Assembly (NCBI GenBank): GCA_030426785.1
Contig: JAUHXY010000001.1
Location: forward strand, 1 to 49,783
Reading direction: 5' to 3'
Length of the DNA stretch: 49,783 nucleotides
Source: a bacterium
Lineage (GTDB): Bacteria; Planctomycetota; UBA1135; GCA-002686595
The position numbers and the translations under genes are program-made. Positions 25,128-35,000 of the stretch are shown one piece after another (the first letter of the stretch is position 1; the number at the start of each line of letters is the position of its first letter). The notes below the pieces were generated by a model, which ran no database searches, was not told the DNA's origin, and saw nothing but the letters and a program-made list of their open reading frames with translations.

Positions 25128-25862
25128 TTAGACGCGCTCCTCGACGCGCGCTTGCGCCTCCACAGCAGGTACGTCCCGCCCAGCGAGCCACAGGAAGAGC
25201 GCCACGGCAAAGCCGGAAGCCTGCAACAGCATCGCCATCACGACGATCTGGTAGCGAACCGCCACCAAGGGGTCGACGCCCGACAGGATCTGGCCGGTCA
25301 TCATGCCAGGCAGCGACACCAGCCCGACCGCGAGCAAACCGTTGATCTGGGGGATGAGCGCCGCCATCCATGCGGCGGAACGAGCCGCGGGGAAGTCCAA
25401 ACCGCCCGAACGTTCCCGTTCGAAACGCTCGGCCGCCAAGGTCACCGCCGTCATGGCGTTCGAGAGGATCATGCCCGCCAAAGGAATCAGGATGCGCGGT
25501 TGGTACCGGGGGTCCTCCAGCCGCAGGACCGTGAAAACCACAAACAAGAGCGTCAACACGCCTGCAGTCCCCAAGGCGAACACCGCTCGTCGAAAGGCAA
25601 GACCCTTCGCAGCGCGCACTTTGCGCACACCGATCCAGGCCGAAACGAGCACCATCACTCCGACCACGCCGCCGCCAACCCAAGGTGACGGCGATTCAAA
25701 GATCAACACCAAGGCATAACCGACTAGCAAGAGCTGCACGATCATGCGCAGGGATGCGGTCAGGATCTCCGAGCCTTCTCGAGTCCAGCGCTGGCCGATG
25801 GCAAAGACTCCGAGGGTGGGCGCGAGGCACAGGGCGAGAGCCCCCAAGCTAATTTCCGGCAT
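25128..25862 (-). CDS. fetB: FetB/YbbM-like (UPF0014) ABC-type permease subunit
   Basis: 244 aa from ATG 25862. Colinear with E. coli FetB (IVQLLLVGYAL, IPLAGMILSNAMTAV, AALIPQINGLLAVGLVSLPGMMTGQILSGVDPLVAVRYQIVVM). The upstream part of the 348-aa ORF looks non-coding. Confidence 0.8.
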   Translation of the reverse strand: MPEISLGALALCLAPTLGVFAIGQRWTREGSEILTASLRMIVQLLLVGYALVLIFESPSPWVGGGVVGVMVLVSAWIGVRKVRAAKGLAFRRAVFALGTAGVLTLLFVVFTVLRLEDPRYQPRILIPLAGMILSNAMTAVTLAAERFERERSGGLDFPAARSAAWMAALIPQINGLLAVGLVSLPGMMTGQILSGVDPLVAVRYQIVVMAMLLQASGFAVALFLWLAGRDVPAVEAQARVEERV

Positions 25863-26004
25863 GGGCGCCAGTGTACCGGGCGGGCTGCGTGCCAACGAAG
25901 CAGCCCCCGCGTTGGGCGCGGGGGCTTGCGAGGATTTGGGCAGGGGCTGATTTAGAACGAGAAGCCGACCCAAAACGGTGCCTGCGCTCGACGGAACGGA
26001 TGGC

Positions 26005-26457
26005 TTAGTGGCGGGGCGCGAAAGGACGGGTCGTCGTGCGTTCCGCGTTCTGTTGTGCTCGGAAACGGCGAACGCGATCCCAACTGGTGCGCAATTCGCG
26101 AGTCCACCGCGAACCGTGGTCGCTCGCGCCGGCGCGATGGGAAAGCCACTTCGGCACGAGCCACCAAGCTGCATGGCTCAGCCAACGCGCCGCGGGATGT
26201 TTCTTGCGCAAGCCCCACCAAGTCGCCGCTCCCACCCCGGCGAGGGCTGGTCCGGAAGTGAGGCCCGAACGTAGCGCGCTCTCTGCGGCTCCTTCGACCC
26301 AATGGGCCACGCTATTCTTGACCAATGCCTTGCGGAATCGACCGTCCTGCACGGCTTGCCAATGAACCTGCAAGCGTTTCTCCTGTTGGGCGAGCTCCAA
26401 GCGGGAGCGCTCACGGTGCAGGGCAAAGTCGGCGAGGGTTTCAAACTTGCGGGCCAT
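26005..26457 (-). CDS. Hypothetical protein (150 aa), last gene of the YtxH trio
   Basis: ATG 26457 overlaps the upstream gene by 17 nt. An N-terminal coiled-coil-like part is followed by a hydrophobic/Trp-rich segment (GVGAATWWGL…AAWWLVPKWL). No family recognised. Confidence 0.5.
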   Translation of the reverse strand: MARKFETLADFALHRERSRLELAQQEKRLQVHWQAVQDGRFRKALVKNSVAHWVEGAAESALRSGLTSGPALAGVGAATWWGLRKKHPAARWLSHAAWWLVPKWLSHRAGASDHGSRWTRELRTSWDRVRRFRAQQNAERTTTRPFAPRH

Positions 26458-26806
26458 GGGGATGCATTTGGTTGAGGAGAAAAAGGGTCCATCGGTCGCG
26501 CAGAGCGATGCGCCAGAGGACCCAGAAAGTGCCTGCTTCGAGCAAGATTAGACCCGCGACCGCGAGCCAGCCCGACCAGCCGCCTAGGGCGACGGCGAGG
26601 GCCACGTGAGCGCAGGCTAGCGCGAGCAGCAGGGCGCTCGCCGCGACCACCGCCCACAGAGCTCGTCCCGCCCAGCGAGCGATCCGTTCGCTGCCGACGG
26701 CCCAAGCGTGCTGAGCTTGCGCTTCGTTCCAGGCGGCGAGGTCGTGGCGCAAAGTGGCGCCAAAGTCGCTTAGGTCGGGCTGACTACGTTCTTGGGACTC
26801 GCGCAT
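26441..26806 (-). CDS. Small two-TM membrane protein, phage-holin-family-like (DUF1469-type)
   Basis: 121 aa; ATG lies 4 nt after the ytxH stop. A charged N-terminus is followed by two long hydrophobic helices (ALWAVVAASALLLALACAHVALAVAL / WLAVAGLILLEAGTFWVLW). This architecture commonly follows YtxH genes. Confidence 0.6.
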   Translation of the reverse strand: MRESQERSQPDLSDFGATLRHDLAAWNEAQAQHAWAVGSERIARWAGRALWAVVAASALLLALACAHVALAVALGGWSGWLAVAGLILLEAGTFWVLWRIALRDRWTLFLLNQMHPHGPQV

Positions 26807-26810
26807 GCTT

Positions 26811-27179
26811 TTAGCTGGCTTGCTTGGCTTTGTGGATGCGTTGCTGCGTCTCTGCGCGCAAGGACTCGGCGCTTTCGCTGAGGTCTTCCGCCAAGCGGCT
26901 TTTGAGATCTCGACCCTCTTCGAACAGAAAGCGAACGAAGTCCGTGACCTCGTCTTTGGTCATGTTGGCCGTTTCGACCGCGTTGCCGCGGGCCTCGTGC
27001 CACGCCTCGCGTCGTTCCTCTAGGAACTGTTCGAAGTCATCCTTCGAGCGCGAAGCCTTCTGCGCGATGCGTTCGCGCGTCTCCTGGCCCGCGCGGGGGG
27101 CGAAGAGCAGTCCGAGCGCGGCTCCAACGCCGGCGCCGGTGAGGAATCCATAGATGGGGTTGCGTGTTTGGTTCGACAT
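26811..27179 (-). CDS. YtxH-domain general-stress-type protein
   Basis: 122 aa from ATG 27179. N-terminal GFLTGAGVGAALGLLFAPRAGQETRERI is the YtxH signature, followed by a charged helical tail. Confidence 0.8.
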   Translation of the reverse strand: MSNQTRNPIYGFLTGAGVGAALGLLFAPRAGQETRERIAQKASRSKDDFEQFLEERREAWHEARGNAVETANMTKDEVTDFVRFLFEEGRDLKSRLAEDLSESAESLRAETQQRIHKAKQAS

Positions 27180-27499
27180 CAAAATAGGAGGGGGTTGGGG
27201 TTGGGCGAGAACAAAAGGTGCGCCGGGGCTCGCCGGGACCGCCAGGCGCAAGGGAAGGGGAGCAAAGGGGATGCCAAAGGTCGGACACTTGGAATCGCAA
27301 AGGTGCCTAAGGCGTTGTTTAAAAGCGATTTAGGCGAATCTGCCGCGCTGGATGGGGTTTTGGCCCTCCTGCGGATCGGTAGCGGCCTTTCAGCAGTTGT
27401 GCAGCGCAGCTTCCGATTTGGAAGGGGCCCGCAACTCTTCGCCAACCGCAAACCGCGTGCTCGGTCAAGCCCGCATCTCCATCAGCAAAACCTGACGCG

Positions 27500-28567
27500 T
27501 CAGTCCTTGCGCACGATCAGCATCAGCGCGCCGCTGGCGGCTAGAGACGCAAGGATCCAAGCCAACACGAAACGCATGCGCGCGCCCCGCTGCACGACTT
27601 TGTTCCAGTTCGAAGTGACGCCATCTTCGCCGAAAGCACGGAAGATCAGGTCTCGTTGCGGCAAGCGCAGGTTGCCGAGGGTCTGCCCGAGCAGTTCGGC
27701 AGGTGGCGTGCCCACCCCGTGATAGGAGATGCCGGTGACACTGTCCGGGTGCTCGGCGTGGCCCTGCATGCGGATCACGCGGGCGTTGTCGGGCAGGTGC
27801 ATGTCTACCCGCAAGAATTTGTAACGCGATTCGGGGATGGGGTCGAAAGTGAAAAACGCATAGCCCGACGCGGTGGGGGCCTGGTGGTGCAGCACACCTT
27901 TGCGCAGGAAAAACGGCTCGCGTCCGTCCACCGGCTCTTGCCACACCTCGATGAACGACTCGCCCGCCGCCGCATCGAGCCCATCCACCCCGATGGCGAT
28001 CGCGGACAGGTTGCCGTACATGGAGCGAAAGCGCAGGGGCTCAGGATCGGTCGTGAAGCCGTTGCCCCAAGGGCGAAACGCGCCGATGGTGGACCGTAGG
28101 CTGACGAAAGGTGCCCACTTCGTGAGATCTCTCTGACCGTCTTCGGGCTGCAACTTCCAGTGGTAGAGTTTGCCCTTCGAATCGGGAATCGGGTCGAAGC
28201 GGAACACGCCCCAGCGCGGGCCGCCGGCTTCCATCGACGCCTCCATGCGGGCGCTGCGCACGACCGGCTGCGACAGAAAACGATCGGTTTGGTCCGTGGG
28301 CACTTCGCGCAGTTCGAGGATCAAGCCGGTTTCCGGCGCTCCCCCTTGGGGGATGACCCAAACGTCCAAGCGCTGCAGGTCGCGAAAGTCGCAGCGAAAG
28401 AGCTGACCGGGGGGAAAGTTGCGGAATACCTTGCCGTTCGGGGTGCGCGTGACGGCTTCGCGTATCTCCAGGTCGGGAACCTCTCGATCCAAAGCCTGGA
28501 ACAGGAAGACGAGCCCAAACAACCCGCACCAGAAGGTGAGTAGCCAGAATCTTCCCACGCCTACCAC
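27500..28567 (-). CDS. Bitopic membrane protein with internal FxFDPIPxS repeat, unknown function
   Basis: About 355 aa from GTG 28567 (or GTG 28558), overlapping the upstream stop (GTGGTAG). N-terminal TM (FWLLTFWCGLFGLVFLF) and C-terminal TM (FVLAWILASLAASGALMLIV). Two related modules are present (GVFRFDPIPDSKGKLYHWKL and AFFTFDPIPESRYKFLRVDM). Confidence 0.6.
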   Translation of the reverse strand: MVGVGRFWLLTFWCGLFGLVFLFQALDREVPDLEIREAVTRTPNGKVFRNFPPGQLFRCDFRDLQRLDVWVIPQGGAPETGLILELREVPTDQTDRFLSQPVVRSARMEASMEAGGPRWGVFRFDPIPDSKGKLYHWKLQPEDGQRDLTKWAPFVSLRSTIGAFRPWGNGFTTDPEPLRFRSMYGNLSAIAIGVDGLDAAAGESFIEVWQEPVDGREPFFLRKGVLHHQAPTASGYAFFTFDPIPESRYKFLRVDMHLPDNARVIRMQGHAEHPDSVTGISYHGVGTPPAELLGQTLGNLRLPQRDLIFRAFGEDGVTSNWNKVVQRGARMRFVLAWILASLAASGALMLIVRKD

Positions 28568-29985
28568 CCCCAGAGTAGCCAAGCCTCGCGGCCCAGCCCG
28601 TGCCAAACAAAAAACGCGTCGAACGAGAGCAACAGCACCACCGACGCCAACGCCACGGTCGGTTGCCATTTTTTGGGCAACAGCACCAACAAGCCGGCGG
28701 TCAGCAAAATGGCCAGCGCGGGTGCCATCGGCATCAGGTAGCGCCCCTTGCTCACGCCGCGCATCGCCATCAGAAGCAGCTGTACAGCGGATGCGCCCCA
28801 CGCGAGCCACAGCAGGCGGCTACGCAACCAATCGCGGCGCAAAAACAGCCCAGTCAAACTGAGGGCCAAGACCGCGGCAAAGAACCAACCCCATTCTTGG
28901 CTTAGGTCTGGCGTGATGGTGCGACTCTCCCAATTCAACTTGCCGACCAGCGTGTCGCGCAGGCTGGTCAGTTTCGCAAGGGAAAGGCCTTCCTTCAGAC
29001 GACCGAGGTTTTCCTCCACGCTCAGGGTGACCCCCGCGTTGTGGGTCGAAAGCCAATACGCTGCGCCGCCGGCGATCACCGCGCCGAGCCCGAGCAATGC
29101 CAACACGGTGCCCTTCAGGCGCGACAACGAAGCCGGGTGCAACAGCACCGCCAAACCGACGATCGCCACCGAGCTGGCCCCTGAGGTCTTCGTCAACATC
29201 GCCAACCCACTGACCGCGAGCATGGCCAAGAGCGGCCACGCATGAAACCACAGGGATCGTCCGCGGGGGAGCCCCTCCCGTTCCGGGCGGGTGATCCAGT
29301 AGGCCGCCAAGAAAAGCGATAAGGCCACCCAAAAGCGCGTCATCACGTCGTTGTTTACCACGGCGGCTCCGCGGGCGCTCATGGGCCACAAAGCGACCCA
29401 TAGGGCCGCCAAGACCGCTCCAGGCCCCTGCGGAAAGACGCGCCGGGCTGCCAAGAACGTCAGGGCGACGATGCCTACAAACAGCAGCAACGAAACGCAG
29501 CGGATCAACAGCAGTTGGAAGCGCGGTTCTGCCTCGGGAAACAGCGACAACAGCGGGGCCGTGACGTAGTAGTAGAGCAGCGGGTTGTTCGACGCCGTGA
29601 TCCCGATCAGGATCTCGTCGAACGATTCCATGTGGTTGTTGCGCGAGACCCAGTCGACCCGGCGCCAATACCCCTTGGATTCCATCGAGGCGAGAATGCC
29701 GTCTTCGATGGCTTGGACCTGTTCCCAGGATGCACCCGCAAAGCGCCGCCGCACGTGCAGGTGGGAGAGGGGATGGTCGCGTTGCTCTTCGTGGTGGAAT
29801 TCCGCCAACCCTTGGCCGGCGAAGCCCTCGTGGATCATCACCACGTTCTGCAGGTGCCAGGGCTCATCTTCCCCCATCCAATGGGGCAGCATGACCAAGT
29901 ACACCAACCCGTGCAGGAATGCGACCGCCAGCAGCCCTAGAAGGGTGCGCCAAGGCCACGGGCTAGGTTGAGGGTCGACGGTCAT
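28561..29985 (-). CDS. Polytopic GT-C-fold-like membrane protein (DUF2142/ArnT-PMT-like)
   Basis: 474 aa; ATG lies 2 nt after the dctM stop. About 10-12 TM helices. The first loop carries the acidic motif PHWMGEDEPWH, as in the DUF2142/GT-C first periplasmic loop. The family call rests on architecture and motif only. Confidence 0.65.
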   Translation of the reverse strand: MTVDPQPSPWPWRTLLGLLAVAFLHGLVYLVMLPHWMGEDEPWHLQNVVMIHEGFAGQGLAEFHHEEQRDHPLSHLHVRRRFAGASWEQVQAIEDGILASMESKGYWRRVDWVSRNNHMESFDEILIGITASNNPLLYYYVTAPLLSLFPEAEPRFQLLLIRCVSLLLFVGIVALTFLAARRVFPQGPGAVLAALWVALWPMSARGAAVVNNDVMTRFWVALSLFLAAYWITRPEREGLPRGRSLWFHAWPLLAMLAVSGLAMLTKTSGASSVAIVGLAVLLHPASLSRLKGTVLALLGLGAVIAGGAAYWLSTHNAGVTLSVEENLGRLKEGLSLAKLTSLRDTLVGKLNWESRTITPDLSQEWGWFFAAVLALSLTGLFLRRDWLRSRLLWLAWGASAVQLLLMAMRGVSKGRYLMPMAPALAILLTAGLLVLLPKKWQPTVALASVVLLLSFDAFFVWHGLGREAWLLWGW

Positions 29986-29987
29986 GG

Positions 29988-31313
29988 TCAGAGCAGAGCC
30001 GTGACCATGCCCGGAAAGGTGATCACCAAGGCGAGGGCGACGAGCTGAATCAGAATGAAGGGTACCACACCCCGATAGATCGCCGCCGTGCGAATCGTCG
30101 GGGGGGCGACGCCGCGCAGGTAAAAGAGCGAAAAGCCGAACGGTGGCGTCAGGAAGGAAGTCTGCAGGTTCATGGCGATCATGACGCCGAACCAGACCAT
30201 TTCGGGACCTTGGATGCCAAGCGCTTCCGCCGCCGGTACCAACAGGGGCAGCAGGATGAAGGCGATCTCAAAGAAGTCGATGAAAAAGCCTAAGACGAAC
30301 ACGGCCAGGTTCGTAGCGATCAAAAGACCGACACGGCCCCCCGGCAGGTCGGTCAATACCGAGCGCACGTGCAGGTCTCCATCGAGCCCGCGAAACACCA
30401 ACGTAAACGCGGTAGCTCCCACCAAGAGGAACAACACCATGGTGGTCAAACGCATGGTCTCGGTCATGGTTTGCCCGATGGCCTTGCGGCTCAACCGGCC
30501 GTTCAAACCCGCCAACGCCATCGCGCCGATCGAGCCGAGCGCACCCGCTTCCGACGGGGTGGCGATGCCCATAAAAATGCTCCCTAGCACGATCAGGATC
30601 AGAGCCAAGGGCGGCAGCATGACTTGGAAGCTCGCGCGCAGGAGCGCTCGTCGATCGGCGGGGCGGTCCTCTTTGGGGATCGCCGGTGCGCAAGCGGGGC
30701 GTCGCCACGCGATCCAAAACACGTACAGGGCGAACAAGCCGCTCAACATCAAACCGGGCAGCAGGGCTCCCTTAAAGAGATCGCCCACGCTTTGGCCCAG
30801 CTGGTCGGCGAGCACAACCAGCACGATGCTGGGCGGCACGATTTGCCCGAGCGTGCCGGAAGCGCAGATGACACCGGTCGCGAGCGACTCGGAGTAACCG
30901 TAGCGCAACATGACGGGCAAGCTGATCGCGCCCATGGCCACGACCGAAGCCCCGACCACGCCGGTCGCGGCCGCGAGCAAACAACCCACGAAAACGACCG
31001 CCAGCGCCACGCCGCCACGAACCGGCCCGAACAGGGCGCCGATGGTCTGCAAGAGGTCCTCCGCCAAGCGCGAGCGCTGCAGCAACGTCCCCATGAAGAT
31101 GAAGAAGGGCACCGCCAGCAGCACCTGGTTCGACATGATGCCGAAGACGCGTTCGGGAAAGAGCTCGAGGTATGCCCAATCAAAAAACCCGCAGTGCACG
31201 CCCAGGAACGCGAACAACAACGCGACGCCGCCGAGGCAAAACGCCACCGGGAACCCGGCAAAGATGAGCCCAAACAGGCTCAAGAACATGATCCACCAGG
31301 GAGAGTCGGTCAC
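29988..31313 (-). CDS. dctM: TRAP transporter large permease
   Basis: 441 aa; the GTG start overlaps the dctQ stop (GTGA). The DctM pattern runs throughout (GFPVAFCLGG, VPFFIFMG, GGVALAVV, SGTLGQIVPPS, PPFGFSLFYL). Confidence 0.95.
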   Translation of the reverse strand: MTDSPWWIMFLSLFGLIFAGFPVAFCLGGVALLFAFLGVHCGFFDWAYLELFPERVFGIMSNQVLLAVPFFIFMGTLLQRSRLAEDLLQTIGALFGPVRGGVALAVVFVGCLLAAATGVVGASVVAMGAISLPVMLRYGYSESLATGVICASGTLGQIVPPSIVLVVLADQLGQSVGDLFKGALLPGLMLSGLFALYVFWIAWRRPACAPAIPKEDRPADRRALLRASFQVMLPPLALILIVLGSIFMGIATPSEAGALGSIGAMALAGLNGRLSRKAIGQTMTETMRLTTMVLFLLVGATAFTLVFRGLDGDLHVRSVLTDLPGGRVGLLIATNLAVFVLGFFIDFFEIAFILLPLLVPAAEALGIQGPEMVWFGVMIAMNLQTSFLTPPFGFSLFYLRGVAPPTIRTAAIYRGVVPFILIQLVALALVITFPGMVTALL

Positions 31314-31891
31314 GGTGTCGCGGTCTCCTCAGGTGCCGAGTAGGCCGCCGCACCGATTCGGTTCGGATCGGGACCCCGCCCGGTGAGGAACGCGATCTGC
31401 TCCAACAAGAGGGCGAAGGCCTCCAGCCAAAGCAGGGCAAAGGCGAGCGGCAAGAGCGCCTTGATCGGGTAGCGAGCGAGTCCGTCGGGATCGTTGGAGC
31501 CTTCGCGCGCCGCGATCGAATCCAGGGCGAAGTCCCAACAGGTCCAAACCCCCAGCGCGGCGAAGGGCAGCAGCAGTACGACGGTCCCGACCACGTTGAT
31601 CCAGGCGCGGCCCTTGGGGCTGAGGCGCTCGTACAGAATGTCCACCCGCACGTGGGCACCTTGCCGCAGGGCCCACGGGGCTCCCAACAAGAACACGACG
31701 CTGAACAGGTACCACTGCAACTCCACCAGCGCGTTCGAGGTCAGCGCCATGCCCAGATACTTGCCGAGGTAGCGCGCCACGGCGTTGTAAGCACCGATCA
31801 GGACCATCAACAGCGTGGCCACCCCCGCCACCATGGCCAACCCGTGGGTCAACCGCTCGATGGGTCGGGAAAGGCGTAGGAGCCAGGACAT
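31310..31891 (-). CDS. dctQ: TRAP transporter small permease
   Basis: 193 aa, ATG start, four TM helices. Typical of the DctQ partner in the COG4663-4665-type TRAP subfamily (GAYNAVARYLG…ELQWYLFS…HVRVDILYERLSP). Confidence 0.9.
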   Translation of the reverse strand: MSWLLRLSRPIERLTHGLAMVAGVATLLMVLIGAYNAVARYLGKYLGMALTSNALVELQWYLFSVVFLLGAPWALRQGAHVRVDILYERLSPKGRAWINVVGTVVLLLPFAALGVWTCWDFALDSIAAREGSNDPDGLARYPIKALLPLAFALLWLEAFALLLEQIAFLTGRGPDPNRIGAAAYSAPEETATP

Positions 31892-32066
31892 GCCGTTCAG
31901 AATACCGATTCCTTACGGGCGAAGCACGGACCGTAAGCCCTTCTGACAAACAGAGTTCGGTCTACTACGACCGCGGTAGAACCCAGCGCGGCGATTTGCC
32001 AAGATCGACGCAAACGTTCGACGACCGCGGTCGTTTTCGGAGGCATTCCCCAGCCCAAGGAGCCCC

Positions 32067-35000
32067 ATGTCCCCCAGAACTCTGCTGCCCCTGTTCCTTT
32101 TGGTTTTGGTGATCGCCGGCGCGTACTTCCTGAGCCGCGGTCCACAAAGCGATCCCACGGACACCGCCAACCCCTCGGGGACGACCGCACTCGACGAGTC
32201 CGGTGAGGCCGTCGAGCCCGCCGACTTGAGGAACGCGAACACCGCATTGGTGGGGCAGTCCGAGCCAGGGGCCGCCCGCGAGGTCATCCCTGAAGACATC
32301 GAAGAATCGAGTTCCGCAGCCGCGACCCCGGTGGCGCATCGCTTGCGCGGCCGCGTCGTCGATGCGCAAGGCGCCCCGGTCGAAGGCGTGCGCGTGCACT
32401 TGGGCGAACGCTCGACCCGCATGGTCATGTCCGGCTCGGATCCGGATGCTTGGCAAGTGCAAGCGGTCAGCGATCGCAACGGTGAATTCGACCTAGCCAC
32501 CGAGCAAGCGGCGAAGTACTCATTGAAGCTGCGCAAGTCGGGCTTCGTGCCCTTCGAACAAACGGTGACGGTCGAAGACCAACCGGAAACGCGGCTGGGC
32601 GACGTGGAACTCGCCTTTGCGATGGTTCTGGAAGGTCGCATCCTGGACGAACGAGGGGCCGGCATCGCCGGTGTCCGCTTGTACCGGCCGGCCGAGGGTT
32701 CCAACATCGTGGTCTTTGGGGACGGCGCGCAGAACCACTTAACCGAGAGCGCTGCGGACGGCTCGTTCCGCCTCGACACGCTGGCGCCCGGGCCTTGGCG
32801 CATCTTGGCGGAGCATGGTTCCCACCGAGATCGGGTTTTCACCGGTGAGCTCCCGACCGGCCACCGTGCCAGCGGCTTGATGTGGACCCTGCAGGACGGT
32901 CTGAGCCTGCGCGGGCAAGTGCAAAACATCCCGGCCGACGCACCCGACGACCTGGTGGTGCGTGCGGAGATGCAGCGCGAAATGGACGCGGCCGATGCCC
33001 TCGGCGCTACGACCGAGGGGTTTTTTTTGAGCCCGATCACCGTGCCTTTGAGCACGACCGGCACCTTCGAACTGCGCGGGTTGCACCTGAACAAGATCTA
33101 CGAATTGGGCCTCTACACAGCCGATCGGGCCCAAAGTCTGTGGCTGGATCCCAGCTCCAAGCTGACCGAGCCCCGTTCGGTGCCTTCGAGCGCTGGCCAA
33201 GTGGAATTGACTTGGTCTCCAAAGTCGAGCCTGCGCATGACCGTGGTCGACGCTCGCACCCAGGAACCGATCACCGACTACAGCTTGGAGCCGGGCAACT
33301 GGGACCTGTTGGGGCTCTTTGCCAACAACCTGGAAGGCAAGAAGCCCGATGGAGTGGCGGAGCTCGAGGGCATCCCGGCGAGCCAAACTGGATTCGCGCT
33401 CACCATCACCGCACCTGGATACGACGCGTTGGAGATCCCCTCGGTCGACCTGCGCAAGGGACAAACCACGGACCTGGGGATCATCGCTCTGACCCGCGGG
33501 GCGCTGGCAAAGATCCAGGTGGTGGAGGCGGGCACGGGCAAGCCGGTGTCCAAAGCCAACGTGATCGTCGGCAAGTCCGGACAAGAGGGAGTGATGGACT
33601 TTGCCTTCGCCGTAGAAGGCGGACCAGTCCTCGGGGGGCGGACGTTCCGGGCCCGCACCGACGACGCGGGCATTGCCGAGGTGCAGTTCCACGCGGGAGT
33701 GCCCTGCTCCCTCAGCGTGCGGCGCAGTGGATTCGCCAACCAGAAACTCACGAACCTCACCCTCGACGGCTACCAAGACCAACCTCTGGTGGTGAAACTC
33801 ACCGAAGGGGGCACCGTGGTGGCCACCGTGCGCGACGCGGACGGCGAGCCGGTGGTAGGCATTCCGGTGAAGTGTGAGCCGGTCAAAGCTCCGGTCTCAG
33901 CCGGCCCGCGCAGCGAGCGGCGGGTGATGGCGACCGCCATGGTGGGCGGGCCCGGCACGGGAGGACCTGTGACCAACGCGCAAGGCGTGATCACCTTCGA
34001 AAACTTGGCGCCCGGCGACTATGAATGCGTCGTACAAATCCCCGGTGCGGAGGAGTTGGAAGACCTGATCATCGTGATGGACTCGGGCGAAGAGGTCAGC
34101 GAAACCAGCGGCGAGGGCACCCGGGTGACCGTACTCGAGGGGGAGACCACCCAGGTCGAACTCTACGCGCCGACCCTGGCGACCATCGAGGGATTCCTGC
34201 GCGAGGACGGCGTTCCGTTGGTCGGTGCACGCGTCTCGCTCGGGGAGCCGGAGCTGGGACCGATGCGCCGATTCGGCGGCGAGGGTCCCGCGGATCGCAC
34301 CGATGCGAAGGGCTTTTACCGCCTGCAAAACGTGAAACCGGGCACTCACACCCTGGTGATCGACCACGATTTGCGCGTGATGCCCGTCGAGTTCGAAGAG
34401 GAGATCGTGGAGGGCCTCAACACGATTTCGAAGGATTTGGTCGTGACGACCATCGCAGGCCGCGTCACCGACGAAAGCGGTACGCCCTTGCCGGGCATGA
34501 CGGTGAGCGTGGAAGAGGCGAGCGAAGGTACGCGCCGGGAGGTGGCGATTTCCGTTTCGGTGTCTTCGGACGATGATGGTGCGGTGTCTTCCAGCACCGT
34601 GATGGGGACCGGCCGGAAACCGATCGTGACCGATGAAGAAGGACGCTTCCGCTTACGCGGCGTCAAGGCGGGCGTGCCGATCCAAGTCGTCGCCCGCGGC
34701 GATGATTGGCACGAAACCCGCAGCCAGCGCATGACGTTGACCGAGGGGGCTTTGCGGGAGGGCGTGCTGTTGAAAGCCTCGCCGGCCGGTCGCTTGCAAG
34801 TCACCGTGCTCGATGCAGCGGGTGATCCGGTGGCCCATGCGCTCTTGCGCGTGACCCCCGTCGTTCCTGGCGGCGACCCCAATCAACCGGCTGGCCCGCC
34901 GGAGATGGGCGTGACGAACGCCGCCGGTGTCGCCACCTTCGCCGGCCTCAAGCCCGGCACGGTGCTGGTCGCCGTCGACCAGGTTTTGAGCCTCGGTCCC

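Noticed and set aside
27492-27503. Perfect 12-bp palindrome CTGACGCGTCAG overlapping the stop codon of the bitopic membrane protein gene
   Set aside because: It is a single occurrence at a gene end. There is no partner site or nearby regulator, so it is probably coincidental or part of a weak terminator.
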